Made by a program: the position numbers and the translations under genes
Notes under the pieces: model-generated
The model's database searches: none
What the model saw: only the letters and a program-made list of their open reading frames with translations
What the model was told of the DNA's origin: nothing
Part shown: positions 1 to 9,022 of the stretch, one piece after another
Layout of the letters: each line of letters starts with the position of its first letter
How positions within the stretch are numbered: the stretch's first letter is position 1
Assembly: GCA_018303505.1 (NCBI GenBank)
Contig: JAGVYA010000040.1
Span: forward strand, 6,809 to 70,808
Direction: 5' to 3'
Length of the DNA stretch: 64,000 bases
Source: Candidatus Woesearchaeota archaeon
GTDB lineage: Archaea > Nanobdellota > Nanobdellia > Woesearchaeales > GW2011-AR4

Positions 1-1
1 C

Positions 2-757
2 TATGGCAATCCAGAAAAGCCAGAAACTTTTTATGATTTTTATGAAGGGGTAAGAGGAATTGCGGATGCTGCAAAGAATTTGTATTACAAAGGAACAACT
101 TATGCTGTGCCTGTTGTATCTGGAAATGTGAGCTTCTATAATGAATCCGCTTCCGGCAATGCAATTGATCCATCGCCGATAATTGCATGCATTGGCGTTT
201 TAAAAGATTACAGCAAGGCCATAACAATGAAGCTTAAGAAAGAAAACTCAGCATTGTTTTTAGTTGGAGAAAGAAAAGAAGAGTTTGGAGGCTCGGTTTA
301 TTATGATTTGCACAATGAAATTGGCGCAGTTGTTCCAATAATTGACTTTGAAAAAGAAAGAAACATGGTTTATGCTGTTATTGATGCAATAAGTGCGGGC
401 TTGCTTTTATCATGCCATGACATAAGCGATGGCGGATTGGCAACTACAATTTCTGAAATGATAATGGGAGGAGATGCAGATGGTGAAATTGGAGCAGAAA
501 TTAATCTTGATTTTTCAAATTTAAGAAATGATAAATTATTATTTTCAGAAACAAGCGGGTTTATTTTTGAAGTTGAAGACAAAAATATGCAAAGATTAAC
601 GAATTTATTCAGATTTTATAAGCTGAATTTGATGAAGTTAGGAAAAACAAATGGGAAAAATCTTGCAATAACTAAAAATAATAAGAAAATTATAAATTTA
701 TCAATTTCAAAATTAAAAGAAGCATGGACAAGAGGGTTTGTCGAGGCGTTGGAATAG
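2..757 (+). CDS. purL: Phosphoribosylformylglycinamidine synthase II (PurL), C-terminal part. The 5' end lies outside the window
   Basis: The frame is open from nt 2. The translation GNPEKPETFYDFYEGVRGIADAAKNL...SGNVSFYNESASG matches the PurL AIR-synthase-related C-domain. purQ follows immediately. Confidence 0.8.
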   Translation, partial: YGNPEKPETFYDFYEGVRGIADAAKNLYYKGTTYAVPVVSGNVSFYNESASGNAIDPSPIIACIGVLKDYSKAITMKLKKENSALFLVGERKEEFGGSVYYDLHNEIGAVVPIIDFEKERNMVYAVIDAISAGLLLSCHDISDGGLATTISEMIMGGDADGEIGAEINLDFSNLRNDKLLFSETSGFIFEVEDKNMQRLTNLFRFYKLNLMKLGKTNGKNLAITKNNKKIINLSISKLKEAWTRGFVEALE

Positions 758-760
758 AAA

Positions 761-1573
761 ATGAGAAAACCAAACATTGCAGTCATTTACTTTCCCGGCA
801 ACAATTGTGAAGAAGAATCTCTAAGGGCTGTTCTAGCCACCGGAATGGAAGGCAAAATTGTAAGATGGAATGAAAGAAGAGGAATTGAAAAATACGATGG
901 ATTTATTATTCCAGGAGGCTGGGGATATGAAGACAGGATTAGAGCAGGGGTTATAATGGCAAAGGATCCTGTTTTTGACTTGATAAGAAAAGAGGCAGAA
1001 AATGACAAGCCAGTCTTGGGAATTTGCAACGGCGCGCAAGCTTTGGTTGAATGCGGCATGATACCCGGGCTTAAAGATAATGTTGAAATGGCATTAGCGC
1101 CAAACAAAAATCCTTTTGTGAATGGTTATTACTGCGCATGGGTTTATATTAAAAGTACAGAAGAACAAAATAGGTGCATATTTACAAAATTTATAGAAAA
1201 AAATGAAGTAATCCCAATTCCAATTGCGCATGGCGAAGGCAGGTTTATAACCAAAGACAAGGAGTTGATTTCCAAATTAATCAAAAACAAGCAGATTATT
1301 TTTAGGTACTCAACAAAAGATGGAAAAATAGAGGAAAGCTTTCCAACAAACCCCAATGGAGCGGTTGATAACATTGCTGCAATATGCAACAAAAACGGAA
1401 ATGTGATGGCCATTATGCCTCATCCTGAAAGGGCTTCTTTCATAAGGCAGCTGCCTGATACAACTGAATTAAAGAACAAGTTTGTTGGCAATGCAAAGGC
1501 AATGGAGGATCCTGCGCCTGCAATGCATGTTTTCAAATCAATGAAAAGTTATATCGAGGAGGAGATTTTGTAA
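761..1573 (+). CDS. purQ: Phosphoribosylformylglycinamidine synthase I (glutamine amidotransferase PurQ)
   Basis: Class I GATase fold with the catalytic GICNGAQ motif and a HPER-like C-terminus. It sits 4 nt after purL. Confidence 0.85.
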   Translation: MRKPNIAVIYFPGNNCEEESLRAVLATGMEGKIVRWNERRGIEKYDGFIIPGGWGYEDRIRAGVIMAKDPVFDLIRKEAENDKPVLGICNGAQALVECGMIPGLKDNVEMALAPNKNPFVNGYYCAWVYIKSTEEQNRCIFTKFIEKNEVIPIPIAHGEGRFITKDKELISKLIKNKQIIFRYSTKDGKIEESFPTNPNGAVDNIAAICNKNGNVMAIMPHPERASFIRQLPDTTELKNKFVGNAKAMEDPAPAMHVFKSMKSYIEEEIL

Positions 1574-1574
1574 A

Positions 1575-2600
1575 ATGAAAGCCATAGTTTTACATAACAA
1601 AGGAAATGCAGACCAGCTAAAATTCGAGGAAGTTGAAACTCCAAAAATAAATGATGACAAAGTTCTTGTTAAATTAAAAGCTGCTTCAGTCAACCATCTG
1701 GATGTATGGGTTAGAATGGGGCATTTTCCAGTCAGTTATCCTGTAATTCTAGGATGCGAAGGCGCAGGCGACATTGCTGAAGTTGGAAAAAATGTTCAAG
1801 ATTTTAAGAAAGGAGACAAGGTTGTTGTGCTGCCAAGCATAACATGCGGGCAATGCGAATATTGCTTAACAGGCAATGATAACTTGTGTAAAAATGCAAA
1901 AAGATTGGGAATGACGGTTAATGGCTGTTATTCTGAATATGTTAAAGTTCCGCAACAGAATTTACTTTTAATGAATGATAAGATTAGCTATGAAGAAGCA
2001 GCTTCTGTGCCTGTGACTTTTGGCACTGCATGGCGTGTTTTGATGAGCCTTGCAAAGATAAAGCCGGGAGAAACAGTGCTCATACAAGCAGCTGGCTCTG
2101 GTGTTGGCACTGCTGCAATACAGATAGCAAAATTGGCAGGGGTAAAAGTGATTGCATCAGCAGGAAGTGACGAGAAGCTTGACAGGGCAAAAGAGCTTGG
2201 GGCAGACTTGCTGGTTAACTACTACAGAAACCAGAATTTTGATGAGGAAGTCAAATATTTGACGAATGGCAATGGCGTTGATGCTGTTATCGAGCAGATT
2301 GGAGGAAACATATTGCCAAGAGCTTTGAATTGTTTGAAAAAAGGCGGAAGATTGGTTACGCTTGGCACAACCGCAGGCAATAAGATAGAGATTGATGTGC
2401 AGCATTTTTACAGGAACAATTTAACAATGCTTGGAACATCAGGCATTACCCAAAAAGAAATTAGAGACGTGTTTGAGCTGGTTAAAAATGGGAAACTCAA
2501 GCCAGTAATTGACAGGACATTTTCCTTAAAAGACGCAAGCTTAGCGCATAAGTACATGGAAGAAAGAAAAAATTTTGGAAAGATTATTTTAAAACCTTAA
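1575..2600 (+). CDS. Zinc-type alcohol dehydrogenase / quinone oxidoreductase (MDR superfamily)
   Basis: N-terminal GroES-like region (VNHLDVWVRMG) plus a Rossmann motif AAGSGVGTAAIQIAK. Length is 341 aa. Confidence 0.7.
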   Translation: MKAIVLHNKGNADQLKFEEVETPKINDDKVLVKLKAASVNHLDVWVRMGHFPVSYPVILGCEGAGDIAEVGKNVQDFKKGDKVVVLPSITCGQCEYCLTGNDNLCKNAKRLGMTVNGCYSEYVKVPQQNLLLMNDKISYEEAASVPVTFGTAWRVLMSLAKIKPGETVLIQAAGSGVGTAAIQIAKLAGVKVIASAGSDEKLDRAKELGADLLVNYYRNQNFDEEVKYLTNGNGVDAVIEQIGGNILPRALNCLKKGGRLVTLGTTAGNKIEIDVQHFYRNNLTMLGTSGITQKEIRDVFELVKNGKLKPVIDRTFSLKDASLAHKYMEERKNFGKIILKP

Positions 2601-2729
2601 TGACATGCAATAAGTTATTTTTTAAAATTAATAAAAGTTAATGCGTTATGCAAGAAAAGACAATATTCAAATAAAAAATTAAGTTCACATTAATAGCAAT
2701 ATCACAAAATAAATAATGAAAAAATAAAA

Positions 2730-3188
2730 ATGCCAACAAAAACAGTTGAGATGATTGTAAGCCTGAAAGTGCCTGACACTACTGCAATTACTGCACTACA
2801 AACACTTCAAAAAATTGGATTTAATAAAATCAAAAGCGTTAAAAGAGAGGATGATTACAAATTTTTAATTGAAGGTGATGATAAAAATTTCAAGGATAAG
2901 ATATGCAAGGTGGATATTTTGGTTAATGCTAACAAGCATTCATATGAATTTTCAATATCAAAAGAAAATGATATAAAAATTTTAGTAAAAAATATAAATG
3001 ATGATGTAAGTGGCTTACTATCAACATTAAAAAATCGGCTTGGATTTAAAAATATTAAGAAAGTTGAAAAAGCAATACTGTGGAGCTTAACAATAGAAGC
3101 TGAAGAAAAAGAAGCAAAAGAAATTGCTGATAAAGCTGCAAAAGAATTGCTTGTTAATGAGCATTATCAGGAATATGAGATTTTATAG
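2730..3188 (+). CDS. purS: PurS, tandemly duplicated and fused (two PurS-like halves in one ORF)
   Basis: The product is 152 aa, whereas PurS is usually about 80 aa. Both halves show the PurS pattern. The second half ends ...KELLVNEHYQEYEI, a typical PurS C-terminus. Confidence 0.6.
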   Translation: MPTKTVEMIVSLKVPDTTAITALQTLQKIGFNKIKSVKREDDYKFLIEGDDKNFKDKICKVDILVNANKHSYEFSISKENDIKILVKNINDDVSGLLSTLKNRLGFKNIKKVEKAILWSLTIEAEEKEAKEIADKAAKELLVNEHYQEYEIL

Positions 3189-3196
3189 GTGATTGG

Positions 3197-3964
3197 ATGA
3201 AAAAAGCATTAATAATATTCGGATCAAAAACCGATGAAAAAGTCTATAATGAAATAGCAAAAGTTTTGAAAAAAGAGAAAGTTGATTTTGAGTTAAGAGT
3301 TAGTTCTGCGCATAAGACTCCAAAGGATGTTGAAAAAACTTTGCAGAATGATTACGCAGTTGTAATTGCAGGAGCTGGGTTGGCTGCTCATTTGCCAGGA
3401 GTAGTTGCTGCAAAAGTCATAAGCCCTGTTATTGGAGTGCCTTGCGGAGGCAACTATCAAGGCTTGGATGCTTTGCTTGCAATAGCGCAAATGCCTCCTG
3501 GAATTCCTGTTTTGGCTGTTGGCGTCAATAAAGGCGAGATTGCTGCTCAAAACTGCGCAAAGATGATAAAGAAATACGAAAGCGTGACAATAATTGGAGA
3601 CAAAAATAATGATGCTGCAAAAAAAGCAATAGAAACTTTAAAGAAATTCAATATCATTCCTGTTTTTGACAATAAGCCAAATCCTAAAACAATCAATATA
3701 GAATTCACTTATTTTGACGAGCCCATCGAGAAAAAAGGCGAGCTTGTCATTTACTGCCCGTTGCTTTTGGAAAAAGACGACAAGGCAGGAGCAGCTTTGA
3801 ACTTCCTCAAGCACACAAGCCATGGCCTGTGGGTTGGGTTAAACAATGGAATCAATGCGGCAATTGCTGCTGTCGAGATAATGAACATTGACAATGAATA
3901 CGAGGAATTATTAATAACCTACAGAAGGGAACTGGGGAAAAAGGTTTTGGAATCAAATAAGTGA
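3197..3964 (+). CDS. purE: N5-CAIR mutase PurE with a C-terminal extension of about 95 aa that looks like a degenerate PurE half
   Basis: The N-terminal 160 aa is PurE: SAHKTP...AGAGLAAHLPGVVAA...PVIGVP. The C-terminus (GLWVGLNNGINAAIAAVEI) resembles a second, decayed PurE repeat. Confidence 0.75.
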   Translation: MKKALIIFGSKTDEKVYNEIAKVLKKEKVDFELRVSSAHKTPKDVEKTLQNDYAVVIAGAGLAAHLPGVVAAKVISPVIGVPCGGNYQGLDALLAIAQMPPGIPVLAVGVNKGEIAAQNCAKMIKKYESVTIIGDKNNDAAKKAIETLKKFNIIPVFDNKPNPKTINIEFTYFDEPIEKKGELVIYCPLLLEKDDKAGAALNFLKHTSHGLWVGLNNGINAAIAAVEIMNIDNEYEELLITYRRELGKKVLESNK

Positions 3965-4171
3965 AAATAGTGCAAAAAATTTTTATATTATGATTAAATG
4001 TCAGATTCTATTTATTGGATTTTTTACTTTAACTGTAGGAATATCGTACATAACATTCAAAAAATAATAAAAACCCGGGTTACAGAAACAGGCTATTGAA
4101 CCTCAGGTTGATTCGCACCCATTTAGAAGTAATTTAGATGCAGGTATTTATAAACTTTTCGCCTGGGTAGA

Positions 4172-4271
4172 GCCAGGGTGGCAGAAGCAGGCATTGCGCT
4201 TGCCTCAAAAGCAAGTGGGTTCGCACCCATCTGGGTTCAAAACTTCCTTAGTGGAAGTCCCAGCCCTGGCG
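4172..4271 (+). tRNA. tRNA-Leu(CAA) carrying a 16-nt non-canonical intron in the T-loop (position 59/60)
   Basis: The 7-bp acceptor stem GCCAGGG/CCCTGGC is perfect. D-arm is GCAG-AAGCAGGCA-TTGC. The anticodon arm is CTTGC-CTCAAAA-GCAAG with a perfect 5-bp stem. The 15-nt variable arm TGGGTTCGCACCCAT is typical of Leu. The T-arm reads CTGGG-TTCAAA[ACTTCCTTAGTGGAAG]T-CCCAG; the inserted hairpin interrupts an otherwise canonical TTCAAAT loop. A TATA-like TATTTATAAAC lies about 20 nt upstream. Confidence 0.6.
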
Positions 4272-4320
4272 CCCAATAAACAATCAAAAAACCAAAAAAA
4301 ATTTAAACCACTAAACCAAA

Positions 4321-5289
4321 ATGCTCTCCGACACAATTCTAAAAAACCAATTAAAATACACTTTGGATAAAACCGACTTCAAAATCGGCAAAAAATATGA
4401 AGGCAAGGTTAGGGATAATTACATTCTGGACGGAAAAAGAATAATCATAACAACTGACAGAATATCTGCTTTTGACAGGGTTTTGTGCACGATTCCATTC
4501 AAAGGGCAGGTGCTTAACCAAATTTCAGCTTTCTGGTTTGAAAAAGCAAGTAATATTGTGAAAAACCACGTAATCAGCGTTCCAGACCCGAATGTGATGA
4601 TTGTCAAAGAATGCAAGCCTTATCCTGTTGAAATGGTTGTTAGAGGATATATAACGGGCGTTACAACAACATCTGCCTGGTATAACTATGAGAAGGGCAT
4701 AAGAAATTTCTGCGGCAACATCCTGCCGGAAGGATTGAAGAAAAACCAAAAATTTGACAAGCCAATTATAACTCCTTCAACAAAAGCAGAGCATGGCTTG
4801 CATGACGAATCAATTTCAAGAGAAGAGATAATAAAAAGGGGATTGGTGGATGAAAAGATATACAAAAAAATGGAAAAGGCAGCCCTTGCTTTGTTTGATT
4901 TTGGCACAAAGCTTGTTGCAAAAAATAATCTAATCTTGGTTGATACAAAATATGAGTTTGGCGAGCTTAATGGCGGGCTAGTTTTAATTGACGAGATTCA
5001 CACACCGGATTCCTCAAGATTCTGGATTAAAGATACTTATCAAGAATTATTTTCAAAAGGGCAAGAACCCCAAAAGCTGGATAAGGAATATGTAAGGCAA
5101 TGGCTTGCAAACAAAGGGTTTATTGGGGAAGGTTCAATTCCGAGCATTCCAGATGAAGTGAGGATAGAAACTGCAAAAAGATACATGACAGCTTATGAGA
5201 TGGTGACTGGCAAAGAGTTTAAGGCAGGGAATGAAAATGTATTGGGTAGGATAAGGAATAACTTAGAAAAAAGTGGAATTAAGTTGTAA
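4321..5289 (+). CDS. purC: SAICAR synthetase (PurC)
   Basis: DRISAFDRVL motif, length 322 aa, and purine-cluster context. Confidence 0.85.
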   Translation: MLSDTILKNQLKYTLDKTDFKIGKKYEGKVRDNYILDGKRIIITTDRISAFDRVLCTIPFKGQVLNQISAFWFEKASNIVKNHVISVPDPNVMIVKECKPYPVEMVVRGYITGVTTTSAWYNYEKGIRNFCGNILPEGLKKNQKFDKPIITPSTKAEHGLHDESISREEIIKRGLVDEKIYKKMEKAALALFDFGTKLVAKNNLILVDTKYEFGELNGGLVLIDEIHTPDSSRFWIKDTYQELFSKGQEPQKLDKEYVRQWLANKGFIGEGSIPSIPDEVRIETAKRYMTAYEMVTGKEFKAGNENVLGRIRNNLEKSGIKL

Positions 5290-5391
5290 TTAGAAAAATC
5301 CCAATTATTCACTCTGAATTAGGAATTCATTTAAATAAAATTGAAAAACAATTATAAAAAATATCACTCTAATTTTTAGGAGGCATAAAAA

Positions 5392-6546
5392 TTGATTAAA
5401 AAGATTGCAGTAGCGACGGGTGGTGGAGACTGTGGCGGACTAAATGCAACAATAGAAGCTGTAGTGAAAACAGCAACCAACTGGGGCATTTCAGTTGATA
5501 GCTTTAAAAGAGGATGGGAGGGTTTTATATTTGATATGAGAAGACCTTTGAGACTTTCTGATGTGGAAGGAATTCACTCATTAACCGGCACTCTAGCTCA
5601 AACTTCGAGGACAAATCCTTATAATTTTACAGGTGAATTGGGTGGACGATTTTTTGAAAAGGCAGATGTATCAAGTCACGTGGTGGAAAACATAAAAAGA
5701 GAAGGGATAGATGGAGTAATTATGTGTGGTGGTGATGACACTCTTAGTGTAATCCCGAGGCTTATAGTAGATTATGGGGATTTTATACCTTTTGTCGGAA
5801 TACCAAAAACAATGGATGGCGATTTGCAGGTTTATAGTTTAGGCATTGATACTGCAATTAATAGGGCAAAACATGTACTTGAAGATTTTGTCCCGATATT
5901 GAAGGCTAATGGTAGTATAGGTTTTGTTGAAATTTTTGGTAGGGATGTCGGTAGAGTAACATTTAAAGCTGGTATCTCTGGAGGGGCAGATGTTATACTA
6001 ATACCTGAAATATCTATAGACTTGGAGTATACTCTTGATTTTATTGCAAAAAGATATGAGGAAAGAGCAAGAAATAATGATGGAACTTCCTATGTTTTAG
6101 TTGCAGTTGCGGAAGGAACAGGGCATCCAATAACAAGAAAGAGAGTATACCAGGACAAAAGTAAAGATAGTTTTGGTCATGGAAAATTAGGCGGAATTGG
6201 TGAGGTACTTGCTAAACTAGTTTATGATAGATTAAAAGATGATACTAGAATTAAAATGTATGTAAGAAATTTAGATATAAAAACACAGAGTCCAACATAC
6301 AATGTAAGGGGAGGTGCCACATTATACTCTGATTCATACATAGGTCAAAAATTAGGGGCAGCGGCTGTTCAGTATTTGTTAAATGGCGCAAAATCTGGAA
6401 TGGCTGTTGTAAATTTCGACGAATCAGGACAAGTTCGATTAATGCCTATTCCAGAGTTGGTTAAACCTAGGACAGTTCACATGGAAGTACTAAACTTATT
6501 TGAGAAATCTGGATTGTATTGTTTTGGAAGAAAACCCGGGAGGTGA
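5392..6546 (+). CDS. pfk: 6-phosphofructokinase (PFK-A family, ATP- or PPi-dependent)
   Basis: Motifs GGDCGGLNA, MCGGDDTLSV and IPKTMDGD are diagnostic for PfkA. It uses a TTG start preceded by an AGGAGG Shine-Dalgarno sequence. Confidence 0.8.
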   Translation: MIKKIAVATGGGDCGGLNATIEAVVKTATNWGISVDSFKRGWEGFIFDMRRPLRLSDVEGIHSLTGTLAQTSRTNPYNFTGELGGRFFEKADVSSHVVENIKREGIDGVIMCGGDDTLSVIPRLIVDYGDFIPFVGIPKTMDGDLQVYSLGIDTAINRAKHVLEDFVPILKANGSIGFVEIFGRDVGRVTFKAGISGGADVILIPEISIDLEYTLDFIAKRYEERARNNDGTSYVLVAVAEGTGHPITRKRVYQDKSKDSFGHGKLGGIGEVLAKLVYDRLKDDTRIKMYVRNLDIKTQSPTYNVRGGATLYSDSYIGQKLGAAAVQYLLNGAKSGMAVVNFDESGQVRLMPIPELVKPRTVHMEVLNLFEKSGLYCFGRKPGR

Positions 6547-6592
6547 TCCTTCAAAACCTTTTAATACCACCTTTCTTTTACTGATTTCCTCT

Positions 6593-7332
6593 ATGAACCT
6601 CTCCAAAGAAAAAAGAGTAATGCTTCTTGCTGCAAGAGAAGCTGAAAAAGTTCTAAAAAAATATTACGGCAGAAAGGTAGAAGTCAAAATGCTGATTTGG
6701 AAGCTGACAAGGCAATAAAAAGAACAATAAAAAAATATTTCCCAAATCACAGCATTCTTACGGAAGAAAGCGGTTTTGAGGACAATAACTCAGATTACAA
6801 GTGGGTAATCGACCCAATAGACGGTACGCACAACTTCTTGCGCGGTATCCCTATTTTTGGCACCTCAATTGCCTTGGAATACAAAAATGAAGTAATTCTC
6901 GGGATTCTTAATTTTCCAATGCTAAAGCTAAGGGCAATTGCGGAAAAAAACAGAGGAGCATTTTTGAATGGAAAAAAATTGAAAGTTTCAGCCAAGCGGG
7001 ACATTGACCACTCATTTATACTGATGGAATTTTCTTATGCCAACAGAAAAGAAAAAATAGGGTTCTTGGAAAAATTAATTCATGAAGCTATCGATATAAG
7101 GAATTTTGGCTCTGCTATCTACCATTTATTGCTTATTGCTTGCGGCAAATGCGATGGATTCATAGTCTTGACAACTCAGGAATGGGATGTCGCAGCAGGA
7201 TTTCTGCTTGTTGAAGAAGCTGGTGGGAAAATTACCAACTTACATGGACAAAAATGGGATTTCCACGATACAAGGTATATTATATCAAATGGCAAAATTC
7301 ACAATAAGCTCTTGGAATTTGTCAAAAAATGA
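6593..7332 (+). pseudogene. suhB: Inositol monophosphatase / fructose-1,6-bisphosphatase family (SuhB-like) gene disrupted by a 1-nt deletion frameshift near 6686-6689
   Basis: The N-terminal part (MNLSKEKRVMLLAAREAEKV...GRKVEVK) is in one frame. The rest (ADLEADKAIK...WVIDPIDGTHNF...WDVAAG) is in the -1 frame. Adding one A to the A4 run at 6686-6689 restores a continuous ...VKNADLEADKA... It may also be an intact gene with a homopolymer sequencing error. Confidence 0.65.
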
Positions 7333-8078
7333 AATTAATAATTCTGGGAAGCGGAACAGCAGTTCCTTTATTGGAAAGAAATTGTGCAGGATACCTGTTA
7401 GAGGCAGGCAACAGAAAAATATTGCTTGACACTGGAGCAGGGACTATAAGAAGGTTATTGGAGGTAAAAGCGGATTTGTTTGAGATTGACAATATTTTCT
7501 ACACGCACCTCCATAACGACCACATCAATGATTTAGGTGCCATCATTTGGAGCAATAATTACGGCGGAATAAGGAAAAGGGCGTTAAATATTTACGGACC
7601 TTATGGACTCAAAAAATATTGCAGAGCTCTGATTAAAAAATTATTGAAACCGACAAAATTGCATTTTGATTTTATTATTGAAGAATTGAAAAATTCAGAA
7701 ATAAAAATTGGCAATATAAAGATAAAAACCCAGCAAATTAAACACAGCCCTGCAACTAAAAGCATTGCGTACAGAATTGAGCATGGAAACAAATCTCTAG
7801 TCTACACAGGCGATACAGAATATTGCAGCGAAACAATAAAAATATCAAGAAATGCCGATGTTGTATTAACAGAGTGCTCCTTTCCGGATAGTAAGAAGGT
7901 CGAAGGCCATTTAACTCCCTCCCTTGCCGGGAAAATTGCAAAACAAGCGAATGTTAAAAGGCTGGTATTGACTCATTTTTATCCTGATGTTCTAAAAACA
8001 GGCATCAAAAAAGAAGCTTGTAAGGAGTTTAAAGGAGATATTGTTCTTGCCAAGGACAAAATGGTCTTAAATATTTAA
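7329..8078 (+). CDS. Metallo-beta-lactamase fold hydrolase (RNase Z-like)
   Basis: HLHNDH (HxHxDH) motif and an N-terminal glycine-rich start ILGSGTAVP. Length is 249 aa. Confidence 0.6.
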   Translation: MKLIILGSGTAVPLLERNCAGYLLEAGNRKILLDTGAGTIRRLLEVKADLFEIDNIFYTHLHNDHINDLGAIIWSNNYGGIRKRALNIYGPYGLKKYCRALIKKLLKPTKLHFDFIIEELKNSEIKIGNIKIKTQQIKHSPATKSIAYRIEHGNKSLVYTGDTEYCSETIKISRNADVVLTECSFPDSKKVEGHLTPSLAGKIAKQANVKRLVLTHFYPDVLKTGIKKEACKEFKGDIVLAKDKMVLNI

Positions 8079-8117
8079 TGAACATTCTTTTTTAAAAAAT
8101 AGAAAAGTTTATAAATA

Positions 8118-9008
8118 ATGAACGATTTTTGCATAATGATGGAAATAGGCCAAAACTTAAAAAACAGAATCCTAAGGGCCCAAAAGAACGAGCTCACAGA
8201 GCATATAATTTACAAGAAGCTCTCTGAAATAGCAAGAAATGCAAAAATCAAAAGAATTCTTGAAAAAATCTCGGCCCAAGAGCTTTCCCATTACAATTTC
8301 TGGAAAAATTACTCACATCAAGTCATAGCGCCAAATTATTTCAAGGCGCATTTTTACTGCCTAATTTCAAAATTTCTGGGCTTAAATTTTGGCTTGAGGC
8401 TGATGGAAAGAGGCGAAAAAGCTGCGCAAACAGCTTATGAAGAGCTGAAAAAGATCCATCCTAAAATTAAGAACATCCTGAAAGATGAGCAAAATCATGA
8501 AGACAAACTTTTGGATTTGTTAGGCAAGCAGGAATTGACGTATACGGGCTCTATAATCCTAGGTTTAAACGACGCTTTGGTTGAGTTAACAGGGGCTCTT
8601 GCAGGCTTTACATTGGCGTTTACAGAAACAAGAATTATTGCAATTGCCGGGCTTATAAGCGGCATTGCCGCATCACTTTCAATGGCTGGTTCAGAGTACC
8701 TCTCCACTAAGGAGGAAGGAACAAGAGAACCAATAAAAGCAAGCCTTTACACAGGTGTTGCTTATATTCTTGCGGTTTTTTTATTAATCCTGCCTTATTT
8801 TATCTTTAAAAGTTCTTTACTATCTTTAGCAACAACATTGATTATTGCACTGCTAATCATTTTAATTTTTAACTTTTATATCTCTGTCGCTAAAAATATA
8901 CCTTTTAAAAAAAGATTTTTAGAAATGGCACTCATAAGTTTAGGTGTGATGATAATAAGCTTTTTTATAGGACTATTAGCAAGAAAATTCCTTAATATTG
9001 AAATTTAA
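8118..9008 (+). CDS. VIT1/CCC1-family iron/manganese transporter with an N-terminal ferritin-like domain
   Basis: A soluble N-terminal helical segment is followed by hydrophobic segments with the GLNDALVELTGALAGF motif typical of VIT family proteins. Confidence 0.55.
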   Translation: MNDFCIMMEIGQNLKNRILRAQKNELTEHIIYKKLSEIARNAKIKRILEKISAQELSHYNFWKNYSHQVIAPNYFKAHFYCLISKFLGLNFGLRLMERGEKAAQTAYEELKKIHPKIKNILKDEQNHEDKLLDLLGKQELTYTGSIILGLNDALVELTGALAGFTLAFTETRIIAIAGLISGIAASLSMAGSEYLSTKEEGTREPIKASLYTGVAYILAVFLLILPYFIFKSSLLSLATTLIIALLIILIFNFYISVAKNIPFKKRFLEMALISLGVMIISFFIGLLARKFLNIEI

Positions 9009-9022
9009 ATAATGGTGGGAAA

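Noticed and set aside
4101-4123. Second tRNA gene upstream of tRNA-Leu
   Set aside because: Only a 23-nt fragment of the anticodon and variable-arm region is present. It has no acceptor or T-arm and is treated as a decayed partial duplicate.
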